Shown: piece after piece, positions 7,678 through 15,635 of the stretch
Position numbering within the stretch: the first letter of the stretch is position 1
Layout: every line of letters starts with the position of its first letter
Source: Saccharolobus solfataricus
GTDB lineage: Archaea; Thermoproteota; Thermoprotei_A; Sulfolobales; Sulfolobaceae
Reading direction: 5' to 3'
Assembly: GCF_900079115.1 (NCBI RefSeq)
Contig: NZ_LT549890.1
Coordinates: 2,340,001 to 2,372,000, forward strand
DNA length: 32,000 bases
Notes under the pieces: model-generated
Told to the model about the DNA's origin: nothing
The model's database searches: none
The model's input: the letters and a program-made list of their open reading frames with translations, nothing else
Program-made: the position numbers and the translations under genes

Positions 7678-8820
7678 ATGATTGTAGGATTTGCCGGAAA
7701 ACTATATAAAAACTATGAGAAAGATGGTATAGAGTTATTGAAAGAGGTCACTGATGAGGCACTAGATATTGCTGGATTGAATTACGCTGACGTCGATGGG
7801 ATAATGGCTAACATCGGAAGAGGCTCATTTCACGGTAATAGGACATATCTTAATCCTCCTGCCCAAATAAGTGAATATTTTGGAATAAAGCCGAAAATTA
7901 TAGAACATGTCCAATACGGAGGACCTTCAGTATTGTCAATGATATATAGGGCTTACAAGGCAATCAAGGCGGGGGATGCGGAGACAATACTTTGCATACA
8001 AGGAGGGAAAATATCTCATTTAAGAGACAATCATTTCCAAAAAACAGATATAATTGATAGTCCCTTTGATGAGTACATTAAGATTTATGACCAGATGTCT
8101 CCAATATCTGATTACGCAATGGTTGCTTATAGACATTCTAAACTCTTCGGTACAACTGACGAACAAAGGGCACGTATTGCAGTGATCCAGAGATATAATG
8201 CAAGTTATAATCCTAAAGCTCTGTTCAGAAATCCTATTACAGTCGAAGATGTTTTGAAATCTAGGATAGTTTCTTATCCTTTACATCTTCTTGAAATAGT
8301 TTACCCTATAGACGGTTTTCACGTTTTTGTGGTAAGTAAAAGGAGTAGTAAGTCAGCCCTTAGAAATATTGACATTTTAGCGTATGGAGAGGCCCATTGG
8401 CCAAATCCACCAGCTGAATGGGATGATATAATTTATACTCCAACAACTGAAAGCGCAAAAAGGGCTTCATTTGACCTAAACCGGGTAGATGCCTTTCAAC
8501 TCTACGACTCATTCACCATAACTGTGATGCTACAAATGGAGGACATAGGGTTAGTTGAGAAAGGTAAGGTTGGACAGTTCGTAGAATCTCATGATTTATC
8601 ATTTAAGGGCGATGTTCCAATTAATACTGGGGGAGGTAGTTTAAATACTGGTCAGCCCGCATACATGAGTGGTGGTGTTATTTTAGAGGAGGCATTACTT
8701 CAATTAAACGATATGGCTAATGGTCATCAAGTTAAAGGTGCAAATGTTATATTTTTAAATGGAATTGGGTGGTGGAGTAGAAGGCACAGTGTAACTTTAG
8801 TATTGGGTGAGCGAAAATGA
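7678..8820 (+). CDS. Thiolase-fold (SCP-x / lipid-transfer-protein type) protein lacking the canonical thiolase catalytic Cys and His
   Basis: 380 aa with overall archaeal thiolase architecture. The nucleophile context V-x-N-A-C-A-S-G reads VQYGGPSV, so Cys is replaced by Gly. The GHP motif reads TGQPAYMSG, so His is replaced by Gln. There is a 4-nt ATGA overlap with the downstream DUF35 gene. Confidence 0.85.
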   Translation: MIVGFAGKLYKNYEKDGIELLKEVTDEALDIAGLNYADVDGIMANIGRGSFHGNRTYLNPPAQISEYFGIKPKIIEHVQYGGPSVLSMIYRAYKAIKAGDAETILCIQGGKISHLRDNHFQKTDIIDSPFDEYIKIYDQMSPISDYAMVAYRHSKLFGTTDEQRARIAVIQRYNASYNPKALFRNPITVEDVLKSRIVSYPLHLLEIVYPIDGFHVFVVSKRSSKSALRNIDILAYGEAHWPNPPAEWDDIIYTPTTESAKRASFDLNRVDAFQLYDSFTITVMLQMEDIGLVEKGKVGQFVESHDLSFKGDVPINTGGGSLNTGQPAYMSGGVILEEALLQLNDMANGHQVKGANVIFLNGIGWWSRRHSVTLVLGERK

Positions 8821-9191
8821 GGGAAGAAGAAATAAGAGAATTATATTTTAAGTATTTCGATGAGAATAAGTTACCGTTTATTCAGTGCAATAAATGTGGC
8901 CATAAGTTTTACTATCCAAGAGTACTTTGTCCTAAATGTGGTTCTTCAGATATTGAAGTTAGGTTTAGTAAAGGTTTAGGTAAAATATTTGCAATGACTA
9001 AAGTTTATAGAAAGGATGGTAGTTACGTTATTTATGGGATAGTTGAGCTTGAGGAAGGGTTTAGAATGTATTCCAATATAATTGAGGAAAGTCAAGCTGA
9101 TATTAATAGGAAAGTTGAAGTAATATTTAAGGAGATTAACGGCAAGAAATATCCCCTGTTTAAGACTGTAACACATTTGCATAACTTTTAA
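8817..9191 (+). CDS. DUF35 protein (rubredoxin-like Zn ribbon plus OB fold), thiolase partner
   Basis: CNKCGHKFYYPRVLCPKCGS is a four-Cys zinc ribbon followed by an OB-fold-length tail. It is translationally coupled to the thiolase-fold gene. Confidence 0.85.
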   Translation: MREEEIRELYFKYFDENKLPFIQCNKCGHKFYYPRVLCPKCGSSDIEVRFSKGLGKIFAMTKVYRKDGSYVIYGIVELEEGFRMYSNIIEESQADINRKVEVIFKEINGKKYPLFKTVTHLHNF

Positions 9192-9282
9192 ATACTTTTA
9201 ATCATTTCACAATATGATCTTTATTATGATTATGTTTATATATTATTTCCTCTACATTATAAATTGATGAACTCCATACTGA

Positions 9283-9478
9283 TGACGGGCTATGCTCACG
9301 AGGTATTGGGGGCGACAAATACGGATGGGAGGGTAGTGGTGTTTCCCTCGACTAGCCCCAATGAGTTGAGGGTGAGTGTGTATGAGCCCTCAAGAGGGGT
9401 GCCCGTGGCGGAATTAGAAGTGGTTAAAAGTAAGCAGAAGTTACGCCACGGGTAAACACTCTCTAAACCTGAGTTTCA
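9283..9478 (+). other. GC-rich, hairpin-dense non-coding element (candidate MITE / IS-end derivative or structured ncRNA)
   Basis: It is strikingly G+C-rich relative to its flanks. Four perfect stems are visible: 9305-9311/9356-9362 (ATTGGGG/CCCCAAT), 9329-9333/9345-9349 (GAGGG/CCCTC), 9366-9372/9387-9393 (TTGAGGG/CCCTCAA) and 9402-9410/9444-9452 (CCCGTGGCG/CGCCACGGG). It ends in AAACCTGAGTTTC (9465-9477), an IS-terminus-like motif also seen at 7432-7444 and 29951-29963. Confidence 0.4.
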
Positions 9479-9533
9479 TTTTTTATCCATAGAGGTAAAA
9501 AAGCTTAAATATAGAAAAGATTACATCTTACAT

Positions 9534-11192
9534 GTGGAGATAATAAAAGGTTTTCCTTCAACTATGATGGATGACTATCAACTAAACGTCACACAAATAT
9601 TAGAACATGCAGGGAAATGGATTGGGGAGCAAGAAATAATCTCTAGGAAAAAGGATGGTACAATCTTTAGATACAATTATGGGGAAGCGTTTAGAAGAGT
9701 TAAGAAACTCGCAAGTTCTCTTAAATCTTTAGGTGTTAAAGTAGGTGATAGAGTAGGAGTACTAGAATGGAACACGCATAGGTTTTACGAATTATACTTC
9801 GCAATCCCTGCTACTGGTGCTGTAATGTTAGAGTTGAATCCTAGACTTCACCCACTTCAATTGGCAAAGATAATTAACCACTCTAAAGTATCATTTCTTT
9901 TCTTAAATGAGGACTTCATTCCTCTAGTTGAGAGTATATCAAACAATATACCATTAGTTAAGAAATTCATATTGATTTCCGATATCGAGAAAACACCCCA
10001 AACTAATTATTATAATTATGAGAGTCTAGTGGAGGAGGGCAATGAGGAATATGAGATACCAATGTTTGATGAGAGGACATCGTGCTACGCAGCATATACT
10101 ACTGGTACAACTGGAGACCCTAAAGGCATATACTATTCACACAGGTCAATTGTATTAAATACATTGGTAATTTCACGTAATATTACAATAGATGATACTT
10201 TTATGCAGTTAGTACCCATGTTCCACGTAAATGGTTGGTTAGGATTTATGGCTGCTACGTTAGTGGGGGCGAAGTTAGTGTTACCGGGTAGATATACTGT
10301 TGATAATCCGAAACCTTTAGTTGACTTAATGATTAATGAGAAGGTTACCGTTACGGCTGGTGTTCCAGAGGTGTTTAGCTCTATCTTAAACTATTTAAGG
10401 AGTATGGAAAACAAACCACTATTTGTGAATTCTAGAATACTTATAGGAGGAAGTGAGCCTCCTCTGAGTCTGGTAATAGGTCTAATGGAGTTTGGATTTC
10501 AAGTTGGACAAGGATATGGCGCTACAGAAACCACTCCATCAGTTGCGGGTAGTGTTGTTAAACCCAGGATAAGAGAAAAATATTCTGACAAGGACATGTT
10601 GGATTTGCTGAGAAAACAAGGTATACCAACTTTTGGAGTTGACATAAGGGTTATTGATCCCTCAACCGGTAAAGACGTACCCCATGATGGTAAAACTATA
10701 GGAGAGTTATGGATCAGAGGACCATGGATTGCTTCCGCATACTATAATGATCCCAGAACTGTGGAATCTTTTGTTGGTGATGGTGTAGATAGGTGGTGGA
10801 GAAGTGGTGATCTAGCTGTAGTAGATGAACTAGGTTATATTAAAATAGTAGATAGAATAAAGGATGTTATAAAAAGCGGAGGAGAATGGATAAGTACAGT
10901 AGATTTAGAGAATCATTTAATGGCCCATCCCGCTGTGGCAGAGGCTACAGTTATAGGCGTTCCTCATCCCAAGTGGGGGGAGAGACCATTAGCTTTTGTT
11001 GTGTTAAGGCAAGGATTTGAAAATAAGGTTAGCAAGGAGGAACTATTGGGGCATTTAGGTCAGAGGTTTGCTAGATGGCAATTACCTGACGATATAATAT
11101 TCGTTAAGGAGATTCCTAAGACTAGTGTAGGGAAATTCGATAAGAAGGTTTTAAGGGAAAAATATAGAGATTTCTTTATTAGCAGTAGATAA
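9534..11192 (+). CDS. Acyl-CoA synthetase (medium/long-chain fatty acid-CoA ligase, AMP-forming)
   Basis: YTTGTTGDPKG is the AMP-binding P-loop. GYGATE, SGDLAVVDELGY and PKTSVGKFDKK are also present. The GTG start at 9534 lies about 25 nt downstream of the TATA-like CTTAAATATA (9504-9513). Confidence 0.9.
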   Translation: MEIIKGFPSTMMDDYQLNVTQILEHAGKWIGEQEIISRKKDGTIFRYNYGEAFRRVKKLASSLKSLGVKVGDRVGVLEWNTHRFYELYFAIPATGAVMLELNPRLHPLQLAKIINHSKVSFLFLNEDFIPLVESISNNIPLVKKFILISDIEKTPQTNYYNYESLVEEGNEEYEIPMFDERTSCYAAYTTGTTGDPKGIYYSHRSIVLNTLVISRNITIDDTFMQLVPMFHVNGWLGFMAATLVGAKLVLPGRYTVDNPKPLVDLMINEKVTVTAGVPEVFSSILNYLRSMENKPLFVNSRILIGGSEPPLSLVIGLMEFGFQVGQGYGATETTPSVAGSVVKPRIREKYSDKDMLDLLRKQGIPTFGVDIRVIDPSTGKDVPHDGKTIGELWIRGPWIASAYYNDPRTVESFVGDGVDRWWRSGDLAVVDELGYIKIVDRIKDVIKSGGEWISTVDLENHLMAHPAVAEATVIGVPHPKWGERPLAFVVLRQGFENKVSKEELLGHLGQRFARWQLPDDIIFVKEIPKTSVGKFDKKVLREKYRDFFISSR

Positions 11193-11227
11193 GAAAATAT
11201 TTAAAGTAATAAGGAGGTATTAAAAGT

Positions 11228-12340
11228 ATGAGTAAAAATGAGGATGAATTAGAAGAGTACAGAATAAAGGTGAGGGAGTGGATAAGGAATAATGTACCGG
11301 AGGAGATAAGGGCTAAAGGAGACATGGCCCCTCCAGATGTCTTAAGAGAGTGGCAGAGAAGAATATATGAGGCTGGATATTTGGGGGTATCTTGGCCAAA
11401 GGAATATGGGGGGTGGGGAGAGAATCCAATTAAGGAGATAATAGTTAGGGAAGAGTTCGCTAAAGCGGGAGTGCCTTATGCCACAGTTGGTTTAGGGGTA
11501 TCGGTAGTCGGTCCTGCAATTATTCTTAACGGTACTGAAGAGCAGAAGAAGAAACATATAAGGAGAATATTAACAGCTGAGGACGTGTGGTGTCAAGGTT
11601 TCTCAGAACCACAAGCTGGATCAGATTTAGCGGGAATAAAGACAAAGGCCGAAGATAAGGGGGAGTACTTTCTAGTTAATGGACAGAAAATATGGAGCAG
11701 TTATGCACATTTGGCAAACTATTGCCTTCTCCTGACTAGAACCGGCGATGTATCGGAGAGACATAAGGGGCTTACCATGCTTATAGTTGATATGAAAAGC
11801 GAGGGAATAAGGGTAAGTCCAATCAAGCAAATTACTGGGAGATCAGAATTTAACACAGTGTATTTTAATAACGTAAAGGTTCCCAAGGAGAATGTGGTGG
11901 GTAAGATCGGTGAAGGTTGGAAAGTAGCGATGTCCACATTAAATTATGAGAGGCTTAACATAGGAACAATATTGTTTACAGTAGAGAGGCTCATTAGGGA
12001 ATTATCTATCAATAACGATCAACTATTCAATACTGCAGAGGAAATTGTAGCGTTAAAGTCATTTTATAAGAGGATATTGGAAAGACTCAAGAAGGGGTAT
12101 ATTGCGGGTCCAGAAGCTGCAGTAATAAAGTTGGTAGCTTCAGAAGCCATACAGAGAGTTTACGAAAACGCAATGGCTAATATGGGGATAGAAGGACTAG
12201 TTATGGAGCGAGAACCTGGATTTAGGCCAGAAATAGCATATGGTTTCTTAGCCTCTAGGTCCATAACAATAGCTGGCGGTACTTCAGAGATATTAAGGAA
12301 TTTATTGGGAGAGGTTGTTCTAGGATTGCCAAAAGGCTAA
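11228..12340 (+). CDS. Acyl-CoA dehydrogenase
   Basis: Motifs are QGFSEPQAGSDLAG, GQKIWSS and IAGGTSEILRN. The MCAD-type Glu position is Gly, while a Glu is present in NYERL, as in IVD/LCAD-type enzymes. GGAGGT (11213-11218) lies 9 nt upstream of the ATG. Confidence 0.9.
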   Translation: MSKNEDELEEYRIKVREWIRNNVPEEIRAKGDMAPPDVLREWQRRIYEAGYLGVSWPKEYGGWGENPIKEIIVREEFAKAGVPYATVGLGVSVVGPAIILNGTEEQKKKHIRRILTAEDVWCQGFSEPQAGSDLAGIKTKAEDKGEYFLVNGQKIWSSYAHLANYCLLLTRTGDVSERHKGLTMLIVDMKSEGIRVSPIKQITGRSEFNTVYFNNVKVPKENVVGKIGEGWKVAMSTLNYERLNIGTILFTVERLIRELSINNDQLFNTAEEIVALKSFYKRILERLKKGYIAGPEAAVIKLVASEAIQRVYENAMANMGIEGLVMEREPGFRPEIAYGFLASRSITIAGGTSEILRNLLGEVVLGLPKG

Positions 12341-12357
12341 ATAAAAGGGAAAAAACT

Positions 12358-14349
12358 TTATTCTCCTTTAAATTGGGGTTTTCTTTTTTCTAAGAAAGCT
12401 TTCACTCCTTCTTCTACATCTTTAGTTGTGAATAAAAGCCCAAATAATGTTGACTCTAGAGTTTGTCCAGTCCAGATATTAGATTCGTATCCTAACTCTA
12501 TTGCTAATTTAGCTGCCAATAGTGATATTGGTGATTTTTCAGCTATTTTCAATGCTACTCTTCTTACTTCTTCCTCAAATCTATTACTTGGAACTACTAA
12601 ATCCACTAATCCCATCTTATACGCATCCTCAGCGGAAACCATATCACCGGTATATATCATTAACTTAGCCTTTCCTTTTCCAACTAGTCTGGGTAGCCTC
12701 TGCGTTCCCCCAGCTCCGGGTATTATACCTATATTGATTTCCGGTTGTCCTAGTTGTGCAACCTCAGAAGCTATCCTTATATCACAAGCCATGGCCAACT
12801 CAAGTCCACCACCTAATGCAAACCCATTTATTCCCGCAATTATCGGCTTAGTGTAGAGAGCAATTTTGTTCACAACATTTCTTAAAGTCCTCAACCTTAT
12901 CACGTCTATTGGTCTTAGCGTAATGAACGAGCTAACGTCTGCCCCAGCTGAGAAAGCCCTACCGTTACCAGTAATTATGACTACCCTTACATCACTTCTA
13001 CTTTCTAATTCATCTAGACTCTTGTCAAGTTCACTTACTAACTCTGGATTTAGTGCGTTCAATCGTTCTGGTCTATTTAGTATGATCCACGCTAGCGGTG
13101 GTTCAATACGTATGATAAGGGTGTTCATTTTCTTTTCCTCGACCTTCCCATACTGGTAGAATCCACTTCCCGTCTTTATTCCTAACTTATTCTCTCTTAT
13201 CATTTGAGTTATCATGGGATCTGGATTGAAGGTGTTATAACCAGATAACGCTTTTAGATCTTCCAAAGCCTTAAGTACTGTATCAACTCCTAACTCATCC
13301 GCATATTGGAATATTCCCTTTGGAAGCCCTAATCCCAATCTCACACCTAAATCTATATCATCCCTACTTGCTATTCCTTCTCTCAATAGTCTAGTAGCCT
13401 CATTTACGCCTCCAGCTAAAATTAATGCTGGGTTTAATTTATCAGCTAATTCCTTAGGCAATTCCGGTTTAACATATTTGCCTGGAGCTGGATAAGTGTA
13501 GAAACCTTTACCAGTTTTCACACCTAGTTCGTTATTCTTAAACTTTTGCTCTATCAGACTGCATATCGGTATATCATCTCTTATTCCTAGTTCTTCTCTA
13601 GACTTCGAAACGTAGTACGCAACATCTACCCCTGTATAGTCTATTAATTCAAATACCCCCATTGGAAACCCTAGTTTGTATCTAGCTACTGCATCAACTT
13701 CTCTGTAGTCTGCTACTTTCTTCTCCACTAATATGCATGAGGCGATATTTATTTGACCTAATATTCTATTTACGACATAACCTGGCACATCCTTATTTAT
13801 CATTATTGGTTGTTTGCCAAACTTCTTGGCTAAATCATAAGTTATTTTTGCAGTCTCATCACTAGTTTTATCTCCTTTCATTACTTCTACAAGTTGCATT
13901 AGTACTGGCGGGTTGAAGAAGTGCATTCCCACAACTTTATCTTGTCTTTTAGTAGCTTCAGCTATTTTAGATATTGGTAGACTACTCGTATTTGTAGCTA
14001 ATATTGCATGGGGTGGTAATAATTCGTCAAGTTTTGAGAAAACTTGCCTTTTTATATCCATTCTTTCAGTCGAAGCCTCTATAGAGAAGTCAGCATCACT
14101 TACTGTCTTATCTAATCCCACTATAGTGGTTATTCTAGACATTATGGTATCAACACTTTCTTTTATCTGCCCTCTCTCTTGTAACTTACTTAAACTCCAT
14201 CTTATTCTTTCCAAAGCATTGTTTAATATATCTTGAGATATATCACTTAAGTACACCTTATACCCAGAAATTGCAGCAATTTCAGCTATTCCGTGTCCCA
14301 TTGTTCCTGCTCCTACTACGAGAATCTTTTTAATATCTTCTACTTTCAT
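12358..14349 (-). CDS. Bifunctional 3-hydroxyacyl-CoA dehydrogenase (N-terminal) / enoyl-CoA hydratase (C-terminal)
   Basis: The N-terminal part has VVGAGTMGHGIA (NAD fold), NTSSL and HFFNP. The C-terminal crotonase part has GGGLELAMACDIRIA and QPEINIGIIPGAGGTQRL, so both catalytic Glu are present. This is the archaeal domain order, reversed relative to bacterial FadB. Confidence 0.93.
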   Translation of the reverse strand: MKVEDIKKILVVGAGTMGHGIAEIAAISGYKVYLSDISQDILNNALERIRWSLSKLQERGQIKESVDTIMSRITTIVGLDKTVSDADFSIEASTERMDIKRQVFSKLDELLPPHAILATNTSSLPISKIAEATKRQDKVVGMHFFNPPVLMQLVEVMKGDKTSDETAKITYDLAKKFGKQPIMINKDVPGYVVNRILGQINIASCILVEKKVADYREVDAVARYKLGFPMGVFELIDYTGVDVAYYVSKSREELGIRDDIPICSLIEQKFKNNELGVKTGKGFYTYPAPGKYVKPELPKELADKLNPALILAGGVNEATRLLREGIASRDDIDLGVRLGLGLPKGIFQYADELGVDTVLKALEDLKALSGYNTFNPDPMITQMIRENKLGIKTGSGFYQYGKVEEKKMNTLIIRIEPPLAWIILNRPERLNALNPELVSELDKSLDELESRSDVRVVIITGNGRAFSAGADVSSFITLRPIDVIRLRTLRNVVNKIALYTKPIIAGINGFALGGGLELAMACDIRIASEVAQLGQPEINIGIIPGAGGTQRLPRLVGKGKAKLMIYTGDMVSAEDAYKMGLVDLVVPSNRFEEEVRRVALKIAEKSPISLLAAKLAIELGYESNIWTGQTLESTLFGLLFTTKDVEEGVKAFLEKRKPQFKGE

Positions 14350-14430
14350 CGGATAAAGATAAGCAAAATAAGGTTAAAAAGTAATCTCAATTCAATCTTC
14401 CTACAATTTTAAATATTTACTCATTTTATA

Positions 14431-15363
14431 TCAACTACTCATAGTATAATAAATACTACCACTAGCGTTTACCTCTCTTATAAAGCCCTCCTCGACTAGA
14501 TATTTAATATGTGCCAATGTTTCCCCCATTGCTAATTGTTTATCAAAAGCGGAAAGTTCATCCCACTTCTTGTACCAAGAAATTCTGGACGCAATATTAA
14601 ATCCACTAGTTTTTCCTAAAGTCCTTATAATGTTCATTATTTCCTCTAGCCGTCTTTTATGGTGCTCCTTTATTTCCTCTACCCTTTTACTCACATCTTT
14701 GAGTACTTCTCCATGTGCGGGATAAAGCAGTTCAATATCCAGTTTTTGTACCTTATCAAGGCTTTCTAAATAAGCCTTTAACGGATTATCCTCTAATCTA
14801 AGTAACGATATATTTGGCGTTATATCTTGCAATATATGATCTCCACAGAATACTACCTTTTCGTAAACTAGGCAAATGTGTCCCATAGTATGGCCTGGAG
14901 TCAATAATACCCTCATTTGTTCTTGGCCTAATTTTATCACATCTCCATCCTTAACGGTATTGAAATTTACGCCGTCAATGATTTCACTAAATCTACTTCT
15001 ATTTCTAAACATTCTCTGAATAAACTCTTCTGGAAAACCATTAGCGAGAAGATATTTCCTCATTTCCTTTTCATACTCCTCACTTAGTAGATAGGTTACA
15101 TATTCTAACTCCCTATCAGATATCAATATAATACTCTTATCCTTAAACAATCTAACTAAGCCCATATGATCTGGATGGTAATGAGTGATTACTACGAAGT
15201 TCGGATAACCATAAGCTTTCAAATAATTTGATAAAGTAGTCACATCTTCTTGAGTAGGTAGTCCAGTATCAATCAGTACGCTCTCTTCATTGCCTTTTAC
15301 TAAATATGAGTTTATGTACTTCAAGGGGCCTTGCATTGGTAACTTTAAAGTAAATATCGTCAC
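14431..15363 (-). CDS. MBL-fold metallo-hydrolase with a C-terminal helical/winged-helix-like extension
   Basis: ITHYHPDHMG is the HxHxDH motif. PGHTMGH and a later AHG follow. Confidence 0.85.
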   Translation of the reverse strand: MTIFTLKLPMQGPLKYINSYLVKGNEESVLIDTGLPTQEDVTTLSNYLKAYGYPNFVVITHYHPDHMGLVRLFKDKSIILISDRELEYVTYLLSEEYEKEMRKYLLANGFPEEFIQRMFRNRSRFSEIIDGVNFNTVKDGDVIKLGQEQMRVLLTPGHTMGHICLVYEKVVFCGDHILQDITPNISLLRLEDNPLKAYLESLDKVQKLDIELLYPAHGEVLKDVSKRVEEIKEHHKRRLEEIMNIIRTLGKTSGFNIASRISWYKKWDELSAFDKQLAMGETLAHIKYLVEEGFIREVNASGSIYYTMSS

Positions 15364-15583
15364 AAACTCATTCTCTCTTGACTAGCTTTAAAATTTATCT
15401 CCTTAATCCAATAAACTCATTTTACTCTTTTTACTATTAAAAATTAAATAAATAGCTAACTAAAAGTTAGGTCTTTATTCATAACTAAGGAAAGTAAAAA
15501 TATTCAAAATTCTTTTCTAACTTCTGTATGGTATATATTATCCATAGCTAGTATCTAATTATACAATTTATGTATAAAGCTAG

Positions 15584-15621
15584 AAAATTGACTTTCATAA
15601 GATATTTTTATGAATTAACTG
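15584..15621 (+). promoter_or_regulatory. Conserved promoter/operator block, second copy (palindrome TTCATAA-N7-TTATGAA at 15594-15614)
   Basis: It is identical over 38 nt to the reverse complement of 5948-5985. The ATATTTTTA centre lies about 30 nt upstream of ATG 15636. Confidence 0.5.
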
Positions 15622-15635
15622 GTGTAAGCACATCT

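Noticed and set aside
9332-9348. GGTAGTGGTGTTTC resembles both the ISC1439 target duplication (TGGTAGTGG) and its IR core (AGTGGTGTTTC)
   Set aside because: The matches are only 8 and 11 nt and overlap each other, and the flanks show no further similarity to the IS. I cannot distinguish this from chance or a weak target preference without genome-wide data.
9264-9455. 63-aa track ORF (MMNSILMTGYAHEVLG...)
   Set aside because: It lies entirely within the GC-rich hairpin element, and long ORFs arise by chance in GC-rich patches of AT-rich genomes. It has no promoter/start geometry and no recognisable domain. I treat it as non-coding (see the feature at 9283-9478).
9282-9473. C-box-like TGATGA (9282-9287) and D-box-like CTGA (9470-9473), hinting at a C/D box sRNA
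   Set aside because: The boxes are about 190 nt apart, far beyond the usual archaeal C/D sRNA size. No C'/D' boxes or terminal stem are evident.
12428-14236. Three plus-strand ORFs (12428-12856, 12866-13159, 13913-14236) inside the HCDH/ECH gene
   Set aside because: These are antisense shadow ORFs of a strongly supported 663-aa gene, and their low-complexity Ser/Leu/Pro-rich translations are typical of shadows. The same reasoning applies to 1499-1684, 1852-2034, 5257-5484, 8976-9182, 11719-11937, 16724-16966, 21446-21634, 21624-21821, 22469-22663, 24844-25077, 25695-26111, 26963-27175 and 27308-27562.
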